Positions 29,881 to 39,911 of a stretch of DNA of 64,000 bases are shown piece after piece. Made by a program: the position numbers and the translations under genes. Numbering within the stretch: position 1 is the stretch's first letter; the number at the start of each line of letters is the position of its first letter. The notes beneath the pieces are model-generated. The model was not told where the DNA came from and did no database searches. It saw nothing but the letters and a program-made list of their open reading frames with translations. Source of the stretch: Vulcanimicrobiota bacterium (lineage in GTDB: Bacteria > Vulcanimicrobiota > Vulcanimicrobiia > Vulcanimicrobiales > Vulcanimicrobiaceae); NCBI GenBank assembly GCA_963695225.1, contig OY968762.1:160001-224000 (forward strand), in the 5' to 3' direction.

Positions 29881-30882
29881 ATGACGTGTATCATTTGCCG
29901 TAGTGAAAAGCAGCCTAGCCCCGAGCACGTCATCCCGCGCGCCCTCGGCGGTTCGTTCGTGATTTACCGAGTTTGCCACCAGTGCAATAGCAAGCTCGGA
30001 GCTCGCGCGGTTGATCAGGGGCTCATCGAACATGCCTCAGCGGTCGAGCGCCGCATCGCCTTACAGCTCGCCGGTAACAGCGGCAAAGTTCCGGATCCCG
30101 TCGCGGAGGCGATACGCAGGCCCATCCCAACCGGCATCCCCAACGTTAACGTCCGTCTCGCGCGCAAGGGCGGGGCCTACCACGTGCATGTCGAGCGGCA
30201 TACGAAAGTAACCTTAACGGAACACCCCGATGGTACGACCCGGCTTGACCTCAACTTCATAGTTGACGGCGCGGACGAAAAGGACGCCGAGATGTACCTC
30301 AAGAGCGCGCTCCGGAAAGAGGGCATCCACGATGACGGCCTCCTCGACGAGATCTGCGCGACGGTGCTACCGCAGTTGGAGCTGCGCGCCGGCCCGACGA
30401 CCATCGGTGTCCCGGTCAGAAAGAACGAGGGCGGCCATCATCTCGGGTTGACGAAAATTGCCTACGAGATGGCGCATCACTGGCTCGGGGACGCTTGGCT
30501 CGACGATCCTGTCGCCCATACCATGCGGAGCGCCCTGCTCGGCCACAAGAGCGCCGGTGGGATGTTCAAGATCGGAGACGGCACCACCATCGAGCGGCCA
30601 AGGGTGACCAGCGACCCGACAGTACGGTTCGAGGAACTCCCGCTGGGCTACGATCCCGTCCGCACGAGTTTAATGGCGCTCTACCCGATTGAAAACAGCT
30701 TGTTCGTCTGCGTTTGGTTGCTCGACGCGTTTTCGGCGATGTTTCTTGTCACGGAGAATGCCGCGGCTTACCCGCAGCCTGAGTATGACGCTGTTGGGAT
30801 GGACGTGCTGGTTCGGCGGTTCGAGGAGTTCCGGAGCGTGATGCCTTCTTCTGCCCGCACAGGCCTAAGGCAACCCTTTTAG
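29881..30882 (+). CDS. HNH endonuclease (Zn-binding type), leaderless
   Basis: CIIC..EHVIPRALGG..VCHQCN; TATAAT 6 nt before ATG. Confidence 0.85.
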   Translation: MTCIICRSEKQPSPEHVIPRALGGSFVIYRVCHQCNSKLGARAVDQGLIEHASAVERRIALQLAGNSGKVPDPVAEAIRRPIPTGIPNVNVRLARKGGAYHVHVERHTKVTLTEHPDGTTRLDLNFIVDGADEKDAEMYLKSALRKEGIHDDGLLDEICATVLPQLELRAGPTTIGVPVRKNEGGHHLGLTKIAYEMAHHWLGDAWLDDPVAHTMRSALLGHKSAGGMFKIGDGTTIERPRVTSDPTVRFEELPLGYDPVRTSLMALYPIENSLFVCVWLLDAFSAMFLVTENAAAYPQPEYDAVGMDVLVRRFEEFRSVMPSSARTGLRQPF

Positions 30883-31068
30883 AGCGCGACGAAAGGGTAG
30901 TAAGAGGGCATGCTCTGCGGGCGTTTTTTCGGCATCGATCGCTTCGCCTCTCAGTCCAAAACGGGGGCGCCCCATGTTGTTATGTGATGTGCAAGAGGTC
31001 CCGTTCTGAACGCGGATAACGGGGGTGACACTACTAGCAGCCCGATGCTCCGGCGCGAGAGGGGTTGA

Positions 31069-31581
31069 ATGCTTAGGCTTAGATCGTTCTTCACATTCCT
31101 TGGGCTTGTCTTCGCGCTCTGCATAACACGGGCTGACGCCCAAACTGCGCTGAGCAGATCAGACGGAAACCCTTGTCATGAGATCTCGTTCTCCAAAGGA
31201 ATTGTCGCGGAATCTCTTGATAACGCCATTGCGCTAGAAGACCTCGGCTTCTTGCAGCTTGGGTGCGGAATTGCCACGGAAAAGCTGAGAACTGCCCGTG
31301 CGAGCGCCGCCGCGTGCGACTTAGAGATCGCCGCTGGTGATTCATTTGCGAACGCCGCAGCTTTGCGGCTCTCGGGAGGGCCAGTCGTGTCAGGAGAACA
31401 CCAGACGTCGGAGCAATTGCGCGAAAGCAATGCGGTAGAAGAATGGAGCCATGCGATTGCTGCGTACTTTCGGGCGACGAGTTCATGCGGCTACGGGTCC
31501 GACAAGACGTCCCTTGCCGCACAAAAGGAAAGAAATGCTATCGAGCGACGACTCGAAGGAGTCTATCGTATGGTAAGGTGA
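31069..31581 (+). CDS. Secreted Cys-containing hypothetical protein
   Basis: Signal-like N-terminus, GAGGGG before ATG, atypical codon use. Confidence 0.5.
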   Translation: MLRLRSFFTFLGLVFALCITRADAQTALSRSDGNPCHEISFSKGIVAESLDNAIALEDLGFLQLGCGIATEKLRTARASAAACDLEIAAGDSFANAAALRLSGGPVVSGEHQTSEQLRESNAVEEWSHAIAAYFRATSSCGYGSDKTSLAAQKERNAIERRLEGVYRMVR

Positions 31582-31675
31582 TACTGTGGAGAGCGAGGCT
31601 TTTGTGCGAGTCTATGAGGCGTTACCTAAGCGCCTCTGGATCGAAGCAACGTTCTGGGCTGCGGCGTAGCGCAGT

Positions 31676-32395
31676 TTAGCCTGTGCCTGGCGGCCTAAAC
31701 GTCGTCCACTCGCTCCAATCGCAGCCGACGCCACGAACCCGCACCTTCACAATGCAATCGTGCCAACAGGTGCCAGCGGGAATGCTGTATACCGTTGAAG
31801 CGATGGTACCGCGCGCTAAATCCAGGCCACCGATTTGTTCAAGAGCCTTGATTTGCGGCACCGGTTCCTGGTCAATGTTCACGACGGTCCCGAGTAAGCT
31901 TTCATTCGGCCTCCCTGGAAACTCGGTGCCACTAATTTGCAGAATCGTTTCCCAACCGTCGAGGCGCACCGCCTTTTGACCAGCGTTCCGTATATCTACG
32001 GTAGTTTGAGTAACCCACGTATCGGGTTCACTTCCACTGTGGCAGAATGCCGCAAGGATCGTCGCCGAAAGTTTGGGCCGCGTGTCTCTCTCTGCCTCCA
32101 GGTCGGCAACGCTCTGGTTGTGCTGTTCACGCTCAAACTTCCAGGCATCGTAAGATGCAAAGATAGCGGCAATCACCAACCAAGACACCGGGAGCCAAAC
32201 CTGTGCGGTCTGCAGGTTCGCCGCCGTCGCAGCGTAGCGCGCGCCATCCGCCTTCGCGGCAACCGAAGCGTTCATTGCGAGCAGCGCTACGAGGGCTTCA
32301 AGCACGACAATGTACCAAGTACTTGTAACTCGGCGAGCCCAATGGGCCAGCCAAGCTCTTACATAGGCTCCGACACTCACCGGGAGACTCGCCAT
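31676..32395 (-). CDS. Hypothetical membrane protein
   Basis: Two TM segments plus beta-rich C-terminus; atypical codon use. Confidence 0.55.
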   Translation of the reverse strand: MASLPVSVGAYVRAWLAHWARRVTSTWYIVVLEALVALLAMNASVAAKADGARYAATAANLQTAQVWLPVSWLVIAAIFASYDAWKFEREQHNQSVADLEAERDTRPKLSATILAAFCHSGSEPDTWVTQTTVDIRNAGQKAVRLDGWETILQISGTEFPGRPNESLLGTVVNIDQEPVPQIKALEQIGGLDLARGTIASTVYSIPAGTCWHDCIVKVRVRGVGCDWSEWTTFRPPGTG

Positions 32396-32657
32396 CGCTT
32401 CCAAGAATAGCACCCCAAGCGAACGGCCCTCGCCAGGTGAGCTCCTACCAAGCGATGGCGGTCGAGGACAATCCCGGGCAGCCTCGAGCGGGGGTAGTGG
32501 GACTCGAAGCACTCAAATGATGATTTGAGCCCGTCGCGCATCGCTAGCAACCTCTCGCGGCCTGGCCGGCGAGTCGCTGCGCTCTTGCCGCCGCGGTCAC
32601 GATCGGGTTGCCGGTGGACGCGCTCGAAAGCCGAGGCAGCCGTATGTGGAGCACTGC

Positions 32658-32746
32658 AAGTGCGGAGATTAGGCCTCGTAATCTCCGCACTTCCTGCGGC
32701 GAAATAGGGTTTGAGCATAATCTCCGCAAGAGATACGGAGATTATG
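32658..32746. promoter_or_regulatory. Two operator-like inverted repeats upstream of / overlapping the fic start
   Basis: AAGTGCGGAGATTA-n7-TAATCTCCGCACTT (32658-92) and CATAATCTCCG-n9-CGGAGATTATG (32716-46). Confidence 0.7.
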
Positions 32747-33382
32747 GCATATATCCACGAACGGAACGACTGGCCTCAGTTTCGGCTCGACCAAGGCAAG
32801 CTGACCGCGAAGCTAGCCGCCGTGCGGCACCTCCAGGGCCGCTTGCTCGGCCGGATGGAGGAACTCGGCTTCACGTTGCGAGCCGACGCGACTGTGCAAA
32901 GCCTGACGGAAGAGATAGTCAAATCGAACGAGATCGAAGGCGAGAAGCTAGACAAGAATCAAGTGCGCTCGTCGATCGCGCGCCGCCTTGGCGTGGATAT
33001 CGGAGGCCTAACGCCGGCGGACCGCAACGTAGAGGGCGTGGTCGAGATGATGCTCGACGCGACACAAAAGTATGACGAGCCGCTCACGAAGGCGCGGCTT
33101 TTCGCCTGGCACGCAGCGCTCTTCCCGACGGGACGCAATGGCATGCGCAAGATTACCGTCGGCGCATGGTGCAAAGATAATGCCGGTCCGATGCGCGTGG
33201 TTTCGGGTCCAATCGGGCGCGAGAAAGTCCACTATGAAGCGCCATCCGCCGCGCGCGTCGATAAAGAAATGCGCGCATTCCTGCACTGGTTCAACGACGA
33301 AAAAGAAGACGATCTCGTTATGAAGGCAGGAACCGCGCACCTGTGGTTTGTGACCATCCATCCGTTCGATGACGGTAACGGC
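32744..33382 (+). pseudogene. Fic family (DUF4172-Fic-HTH) gene, 5' part, interrupted by IS3
   Basis: YIHERNDWPQF, SNEIEGE, HLWFVTIHPFDDGNG ending exactly at the IS left end. Confidence 0.92.
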
Positions 33383-33456
33383 TGGGCTCGGCCCTGGATC
33401 GGGAGCCAGGAATTACTGTGGATGTCGCCCGATGAAGGCAGACGGAGAAATCCACA

Positions 33457-33750
33457 ATGCGAAAGAGCCGCTTCACCGAGACCCAGATCGTCCAGATCCT
33501 CGCCGAGCATGATGCCGGGGCGTCCATGGCTGACCTTGGGCGCCGCCACGGCGTCCACGCGAACACGATCCGGTTGTGGCGTCAGAAGTACGCCGGCATG
33601 AATGCGACCGATCTTGCCCGCCTCAAGCAGCTCGAGGCGGAGAACGCGCAGATGCAGCGCATCATCGCCCGGCAGACCGTCAAGATTGACGCGATCGAGG
33701 AGCTGTTACGAAAAAACTCCTGGAGCCTTCCCGGCGAGCCGAAGCCGTGA
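33457..33750 (+). CDS. IS3 transposase OrfA
   Basis: MRKSRFTETQI..HTH..RLKQLEAEN. Confidence 0.93.
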   Translation: MRKSRFTETQIVQILAEHDAGASMADLGRRHGVHANTIRLWRQKYAGMNATDLARLKQLEAENAQMQRIIARQTVKIDAIEELLRKNSWSLPGEPKP

Positions 33751-34589
33751 AGGCGCTCCAAGCGCTCGGCCTGAGCCAGCGCGAGGCGTGCACGATCGCA
33801 CGTGCGCGCCGCCGCTCATCGCGCGAAGTTCCCAGCCGCAAGGCGCAGGAAGATGCACAGGTAGCCCTGCGCCTGACGGAACTTGCGCAAGAGCATGCGG
33901 GACACGGATGCCGGCGACTCTACTTCGACTACGAGCGTGACGCACGGCCCGGCGATGACTACATGAACCACAAGCGATTTCGCCGGCTCTACCGGCTTGC
34001 GGGTTTGCAGATAGGCCGCCGTCATCGCCGCGGTCGCGCGAAGATCGTTCGCGGCCGAAGCCTTCGCCGTGCGGTTCGGCCCTTTGAGGGTTGGACGATG
34101 GACTTCATGCACGACCGCCTCTTTAACGGGCGCTCTTTTCGCGGGCTCACGGTCATGGATGAGTTCAGCCGGTCAGGCCTGGCTCTTGAGGCTGCGTATT
34201 CGTTTCCCAGCCGATCAGTCGTCAAGGTTCTTGACGATCTCGGCGCCGTGTACGGCTATCCCAAATACCTGCGGATCGACAATGGCACGGAGCTAACATC
34301 GAAGATCATGCAGCAGTGGTCCGAAGACCATTGCGTTGAGTTGCTCTTCATCCAACCGGGCAAGCCGACGCAGAACGCCTATATCGAATCGTTCAACTCA
34401 CGGGTCCGCTCGGAGTTCTTCAATGCCCAATGGTTCCGCTCGGTGCTTGAAGCTCGCGGTGCAGCCGACGCATGGCGGCACCGTTACAACACGACCCATG
34501 CTCATAGCGCACTGCACTACCAAACCCCCGAGGAGTTCCTCGGGACCTACGAAACTATCCCCACCCCACAGAAATCACTGGCTGCATAA
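33747..34589 (+). CDS. IS3 transposase OrfB (DDE)
   Basis: WTMDF, DNGTE, PGKPTQNAYIESFN; -1 frame relative to orfA. Confidence 0.95.
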   Translation: MKALQALGLSQREACTIARARRRSSREVPSRKAQEDAQVALRLTELAQEHAGHGCRRLYFDYERDARPGDDYMNHKRFRRLYRLAGLQIGRRHRRGRAKIVRGRSLRRAVRPFEGWTMDFMHDRLFNGRSFRGLTVMDEFSRSGLALEAAYSFPSRSVVKVLDDLGAVYGYPKYLRIDNGTELTSKIMQQWSEDHCVELLFIQPGKPTQNAYIESFNSRVRSEFFNAQWFRSVLEARGAADAWRHRYNTTHAHSALHYQTPEEFLGTYETIPTPQKSLAA

Positions 34590-34603
34590 CAGGGCCGAGC
34601 CCA

Positions 34604-34926
34604 CACCCTGGCTGGACTGGTTCTTGGGATGCCTCGGTCGTGCTTTCGAAGGAGCAGACTCTGGCCTAGCTGCCGTTCTAGCCAAGGCACGTTTTTGGCA
34701 GCGCTACCGGACGGCATCGCTTAACGAACGCCAGCGGCTGATGATGAACAAGCTGCTAGAGGGATTCAAAGGCAAGCTCACCTCATCGAAATGGGCGAAG
34801 ATCGCCAAGTGCTCGCCGGATACGGCACTGCGCGATATCAACGGTCTTATTCGCCGAGGCATCCTCATAAAGGATGCCGCTGGTGGCCGAAGCACGAGCT
34901 ATTCACTGGTTGACGCAGCCGCCTAA
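34604..34926 (+). pseudogene. Fic family gene, 3' part (HTH)
   Basis: TPWLDWFLGCL, LNERQ, LTSSKWAKIAKCSPDTALRDI, GGRSTSY. Confidence 0.9.
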
Positions 34927-35038
34927 TTGCGTCCACGGAACCGGGCCAGCTTCAGAATGCCGATATTGTGTTCGATGGAGACCGGCGCGGCTGCGAAGAT
35001 CGGCGCGTCCGACGGCGCTGCCGGCGGTATAGGGTTAT

Positions 35039-35672
35039 ATGGGTTCACCGGTTCCGGGGAGCGCCGCGCTCGTCGTCAATACGGGCTCGCGCTTCGGCGA
35101 CGACGGCTTCCAGCTGATCTGCCGCGAGCTGATCGCGCGCGGCATCGATCTCGCCGCCGCCTATCCCGTGCGGAAGGCGCGCCATATGGTGAAGGTCGTC
35201 GAGCACGAAATCGCCGCGGGGCGGCGGCTCATCATCCTCGGCGGCGGCGACGGCACGGTAACGATGGTCTCGCATTGCTTCATCGGCAAGGATGCCGTGA
35301 TGGGCCTCTTGCCGCTCGGCACCGGGAACAGCTTCGCTCAAGGCCTGGGGCTGCCGCTGGATTTCGGAGCCGCCGCCGACACGCTCGTGCAGGGCAAAGT
35401 CGCCGCCATCGACCTCGGGATCGTCAACGGGCACGCCTTCGCCAACTTCACGACACTCGGGCTCTCGACGGTCGTCGCGCGCACGACGCGGCCGCTGCTC
35501 AAGCGGATTCTCGGCCCGATCTCGTACGTGCTGACCGGGCTACTCTTGGCACGGCGGTATCGCCCCTTCGACTGCAGGATCGTAGCCGACGACGGCCCGT
35601 ATCGCTTCCGGACGCACCAGCTCGTCATCGCGAACGGCCGCGTCTTCGGCGCGACGCCGATCCATCCCGATG
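35039..35672 (+). pseudogene. YegS/BmrU diacylglycerol-kinase-family gene, 5' part
   Basis: GGGDGT, LPLGTGNSFA, IDLG, IANGRVFG; broken at PIHPD. Confidence 0.9.
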
Positions 35673-37840
35673 TGCGCGGCGACAACTATCCTGACCGCCC
35701 GCATTGACTCGCCAGAAGTGCTACCCATGACTGCTCGTTGCCTCACCAAAACTGTTACCCGCCGGGCTGCTCCGGCGGGAGCTAGACGTCAGAGTGAGGC
35801 GGATCAGTATGGCAACGCGGAAGGAACTGCTCGCGGCGGTGATCATGCGGTACGGGGCGGCGGCCACGGCAGAGAAGGCCAGGATCCTGGACGAATTCAC
35901 CGCGGTAACCGGCTATCATCGAAAGCACGCCATCCGGCTTCTGAACTCTGACGCCCCTCCGGCGCGGCCGAAAACGCCGCGCAACCGGATCTATGACGAG
36001 GCCGTACAACAGGCGCTCATCGTCCTTTGGGAAGCCAGCGATCGGCTTTGCGGGAAGCGCCTCAAGGCGTCGATACCGATCCTGATCAGCGCGATGGAGC
36101 GCCACGGTCACCTCGATTTGCATCCGTCGGTCAAGGAGCGGCTCCTGCAGGTCAGCGCCGCGAGTATCGATCGCCTCCTGAGCGGAACGCGGAGGCACAT
36201 CGACGGCAAACGTCGTCGAAAGTCCGGCATTGGTCTCGCCATCCGCCGCGCCATCCCGGTGCGCACCTTCAGCGACTGGGGAGACCCGCCGCCAGGGTTT
36301 TTCGAAGTCGACATGGTCGAGCATTGTGGGGGCGCCAAGACCGATGGGAATTTCGTGCACACTCTCGTTCTCACCGACATCGCGAGCGCCTGGACCGAGT
36401 GTGTCCCGATGCCGATGCGGAATCAGTCGCTGATCGCCGAAGCTCTGGACGCCGCTGCGTCCAACATCCCTTTCACGATGCTCGGTGTAGATACCGATAA
36501 CGACAGCGCATTCATCAACCAGACGATCGTCGATTACTGCGACGAGCGTGGCCTCGCTCAGACGCGATCCCGGCCCTACCGGAAGAACGATCAGGCTTGG
36601 GTGGAGCAAAAGAACGGCGCGGTGGTACGCAAGCTCGTCGGATACGAGCGTCTCGCCGGCCTTGATGCGACGCGTGCTGTGGCGAACCTTTATGCGGCTT
36701 CGCGATTATACATCAACTACTTTCAGCCGTGTTTCAAGCTGAAATCAAAGAGACGCGACGGCGCTCGCGTTGAGAAGAGGTATTACTCTCCGGCAACGCC
36801 GTATGCGCGGCTCATGGATTCTTCTCACGTGAGTGCCGCCGTCAAAACAAAACTCAAGGGTGAGTGCGACGCGCTCGACCCGGTGGCGCTTCTCCGTGAC
36901 GTCCGCGCAGCCCAACAGGAACTCCACGAGATGGTCTCTCGCGCAACAGCGGAGCCCAGAAACGTTGGAACTCCGGTTGACTTTCAAACGTTTCTTTCGA
37001 GTCTTGCTACGGCTTGGAAGAGCGGCGAGGTGCGCCCGACGCACCGGCCAAAGGCTGCAGCACCGAGGTGGTGGCGCACGCGCAGGGACCCGCTAGCGGA
37101 GATTTGGCCTGCGTTCGAGCAATGGCTCCTCGACGATCCCACCCTAACTGCGAAGGATCTGCTCGAACGGTTGCTGTCAACGTCGCCTGACGCGGCAATG
37201 AATAGCGCACAATTGCGCACGCTTCAGCGACGTATCAAGGTGTGGCGCGCGGATCGAGCCAAATATCTGATCCTCGGTCGACATTCTGGCGAAGGTGCAG
37301 CGACGTGTGCAGATTCGGTGAGCACCTGATCCTTGGAGATCGTCGCACCGATGCAATCAATCACCTCGAGCTAATCGATAGGTGACTTATCGATATAACC
37401 GCGCAGGTAACCGAGTCTCTCCCACGCCATGTATTCGACAACGCTGCGACGCAAACGAGGAGCTGTCAGGACGGAGATGCACTCCGCCTCGGTCCAATCG
37501 TCACCGTGATTCCCTGCGCTGCGCTCTTCATGGGCTAACGAATCTTTCGGAAGGCGGCGCCGCCGTGGCTCGTTACTATGGCTGTGACGCATAACTCCCT
37601 GAACATATGCTCACGGTCGCGATGATGTCAAGTATGCGGCGAACGCGCGGCGGTGGATAGCATGGATGAGCTCCGCGTGCAAACGCCATGTCAAAGCCGA
37701 CGGCTCATCCACCCTTTCCACCGCTCTGCTGCTGCTACTTCGGGTGGGACAACGAGGAACGAGCAGGGGACGACAACAACCAGCCGGGTAACACCATTAC
37801 CTGAGGCAACACGACCGGCCAAGATAATTGTCGCCGGCCA
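35673..37840 (+). mobile_element. 2168-bp transposon with IS21-like TG..CA ends and a single DDE transposase
   Basis: IRL TGCGCGGCGACAACTATCCTGACCG vs IRR(rc) TGGCCGGCGACAATTATCTTGGCCG; 6-bp TSD CCGATG at 35667-72 and 37841-46. Confidence 0.93.
35794..37329 (+). CDS. DDE (rve) transposase
   Basis: ILDEFTAVTGYHRKHAIRLL, EVDMVEH, DTDNDSAF, VEQKN; C-terminal RTRRDPL..LRTLQRRI domain. Confidence 0.92.
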   Translation: MRRISMATRKELLAAVIMRYGAAATAEKARILDEFTAVTGYHRKHAIRLLNSDAPPARPKTPRNRIYDEAVQQALIVLWEASDRLCGKRLKASIPILISAMERHGHLDLHPSVKERLLQVSAASIDRLLSGTRRHIDGKRRRKSGIGLAIRRAIPVRTFSDWGDPPPGFFEVDMVEHCGGAKTDGNFVHTLVLTDIASAWTECVPMPMRNQSLIAEALDAAASNIPFTMLGVDTDNDSAFINQTIVDYCDERGLAQTRSRPYRKNDQAWVEQKNGAVVRKLVGYERLAGLDATRAVANLYAASRLYINYFQPCFKLKSKRRDGARVEKRYYSPATPYARLMDSSHVSAAVKTKLKGECDALDPVALLRDVRAAQQELHEMVSRATAEPRNVGTPVDFQTFLSSLATAWKSGEVRPTHRPKAAAPRWWRTRRDPLAEIWPAFEQWLLDDPTLTAKDLLERLLSTSPDAAMNSAQLRTLQRRIKVWRADRAKYLILGRHSGEGAATCADSVST

Positions 37841-38121
37841 CCGATGCGCGCGTCGACGAGGGGCTCCTCACCGTCTTCGCTGTCCCGGGGGCAAGCCGGG
37901 ATTCGATCCGTGAAACATGGGAGGCGCTGCTCACCGACCGCCAAGCCGATTTGAAAGGCGCCCTCTTCATTGCGACCAAGCGGCTGACGCTCCGGACGAA
38001 GCCGCGACGCGCGATCGCGTTAGACGGAGAGATCGTGACGCGCACGCCCGCGACATACTCCGTCGCCCCGCGCGCGCTCAAGATCATCGTCCCGCTCGCA
38101 TTCTGCGAGACGCCGCGCTAG
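37841..38121 (+). pseudogene. YegS/BmrU lipid kinase gene, 3' part
   Basis: DARVDEGLL, ALDGE, PRALKIIVP; rejoins the 5' part in frame (IHPDARVDE) when the element and one TSD are removed. Confidence 0.9.
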
Positions 38122-38729
38122 TGCGGCACGAGTTCGCCTATGCGCTTGCCGGCGTCTCGAGCCTCGCCGTGACGTTCGCGCTCGGGCTCGCTACCCGCGA
38201 AGGGCGGATGTTCCCGCTCGACGCGCGAGCGGAGCGTGCGTTCTACGGCAAAGGCGTGCCGCTCGCGTGGTTCTTCACGGCGAGCGGTTACGGCTCGGTC
38301 CTCTGCGCGATCTTCGCGGGAAGCTTTGCGCTCGTCCTCGCGCTGCACCGCTCGTCGATCGAACTCGGAGCGCTCGCCCTGACTCAACTCGTCTCGCAAG
38401 GCCTCATCGCACGCTTCAAGCGCCGCTTCAAGCGCGTGCGTCCGACGAATTGGCTGATCCATCGAGAACTCGACTCTTCTTTCCCGAGCGGCCACGCGAC
38501 GACGGCAGCCGTCACGTTCGCGGGTTTCGCGTTGCTTGGCCTGCGCTCGTCATTCCCGCACGAGGTAAAGCTCGGACTCGCCGCCGTCTGCGCGCTGTTC
38601 GTCCTCGGAATAGGCTGGTCGCGCATCGTCCTCGGCGCGCACTATCTCTCCGACGTCTGCGGCGGTTACGCGTTCGGGGCCGCCTGCCTCTTCGCGATGG
38701 TCGCGCTGCTCGAAGCCTTCGCCGTCTAA
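38121..38729 (+). CDS. PAP2 family membrane phosphatase
   Basis: K..KRVRP, SFPSGHA, SRIVLGAHYLSDV. Confidence 0.93.
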   Translation: MRHEFAYALAGVSSLAVTFALGLATREGRMFPLDARAERAFYGKGVPLAWFFTASGYGSVLCAIFAGSFALVLALHRSSIELGALALTQLVSQGLIARFKRRFKRVRPTNWLIHRELDSSFPSGHATTAAVTFAGFALLGLRSSFPHEVKLGLAAVCALFVLGIGWSRIVLGAHYLSDVCGGYAFGAACLFAMVALLEAFAV

Positions 38730-38831
38730 GCGCTAAACGTCGAGATACGCCTTTTTCACCAGGCGAGGCTCGATTCGTGGAGGCGGTCGACACTGCCGAT
38801 CCATGCAAACTCTGCGAGGCAAGCGCCAGCT

Positions 38832-39911
38832 CTAATTCTCCATAACGATGGGAATCTTGCTCGGCAAGCTGACGCGGGCGACCGCGATAACATGATCCGC
38901 CGCTCCGTAGGAGACATCGAGCGTGCCGTCGGCGCGCAAATCGGTCGCCGATGGAAACACGACGTCGTTGACCACGCCGTTACGCTCGTACGGCGCGTTC
39001 GGCTCGAGGATCGGCTCCGGCGTGCGGTAGAGCACACGAGACGGCCGATCTCCGTCGAGAATCGCGACGCCCATGCAGTACCGCGGACGGCCGCCCGGAG
39101 CCGAGACGGCGTGATACGTCAAGACCCACCCGTAGGGAAGCCGTACCGGCGGGGCACCGGTGCCAACCTTCAGCGCTTCCCACGACCGCTCGGGTGCCAT
39201 GACTCGCTCGTGCCGTCGAACCGAGGTCAAGCTTGCGATGTCCGCGACGGCGGCTTTGGCGGGAGTGTACGAGATCCAAATGTTCTGCTGCGTCTCGTCG
39301 CCTCCCGGCGGCTTCATCGTTACCGTTCCGATACGATGACGTTTGAAGTGTACGCGCGTGGTTGGCCGGTGCAGGAACGCGAACGACGGAACGCCGTGGG
39401 GATCGGAGACGACCTCAGAAAAGATTGCGCCGTCTTTGTTGCCGCAGGTACTGAGATCCGGGCCGGGGACCATGGGTTCATAGCGCAGAACGCCGAGGCG
39501 TTGCCAAGTCACGAGGTCCGACGAGACGGCGACCGCGATTCGCGGCTCGTACGGGATGAAGGCCGTGTACGTCATCACGTATCGCTTGAGCGCGGGCACG
39601 TACACGACGCGTGGATCTTCCACGCCGCCGCCCCCTGCGTTGACCTCATACGATTCGTGCGGCTCGAGTGCGATGCCGAGCCGCACCACGCCGACCGGCG
39701 TCCCGCCGTCGAAACGTACGCGGGCGTGCCCGATCCGCGAATAGTTGCCTTCGGCGATGAGACGTGGAAAGAGATGCATCTCACCGTCCGCAGAACGCAC
39801 GCCGCCCGGGTTGAGGACCCCCCATGCCTCGTGCGGCTGATCTGCCTGCGAGTTCATGATCACGCCGAGCCGCGTCGCCGTGAAATCGAGCCCGGCTGCT
39901 CTTGACCCCAT
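38832..39911 (-). CDS. GH130 family glycoside phosphorylase/hydrolase
   Basis: VLNPG, GVEDPRV, NKDG, LHRP, YHAV, VVFP, YGAAD; start uncertain. Confidence 0.85.
   Translation of the reverse strand: MGSRAAGLDFTATRLGVIMNSQADQPHEAWGVLNPGGVRSADGEMHLFPRLIAEGNYSRIGHARVRFDGGTPVGVVRLGIALEPHESYEVNAGGGGVEDPRVVYVPALKRYVMTYTAFIPYEPRIAVAVSSDLVTWQRLGVLRYEPMVPGPDLSTCGNKDGAIFSEVVSDPHGVPSFAFLHRPTTRVHFKRHRIGTVTMKPPGGDETQQNIWISYTPAKAAVADIASLTSVRRHERVMAPERSWEALKVGTGAPPVRLPYGWVLTYHAVSAPGGRPRYCMGVAILDGDRPSRVLYRTPEPILEPNAPYERNGVVNDVVFPSATDLRADGTLDVSYGAADHVIAVARVSLPSKIPIVMEN

Larger units (their letters stand above)
33383..34603 (+). mobile_element. IS3-family insertion sequence (1221 bp)
   Basis: TG..CA ends, perfect 14-bp IR TGGGCTCGGCCCTG extending imperfectly to about 39 bp, orfA/orfB, A-AAA-AAC slippery site 33711-17; no TSD. 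Confidence 0.95.

Noticed and set aside
32711..33601. Intact 296-aa Fic protein
   Set aside because: Everything after GNG is read-through into the IS3
35737..37810. A second IS nested inside a MITE
   Set aside because: No TSD at the inner repeats, and a degenerate tandem copy indicates they are internal end repeats of one element
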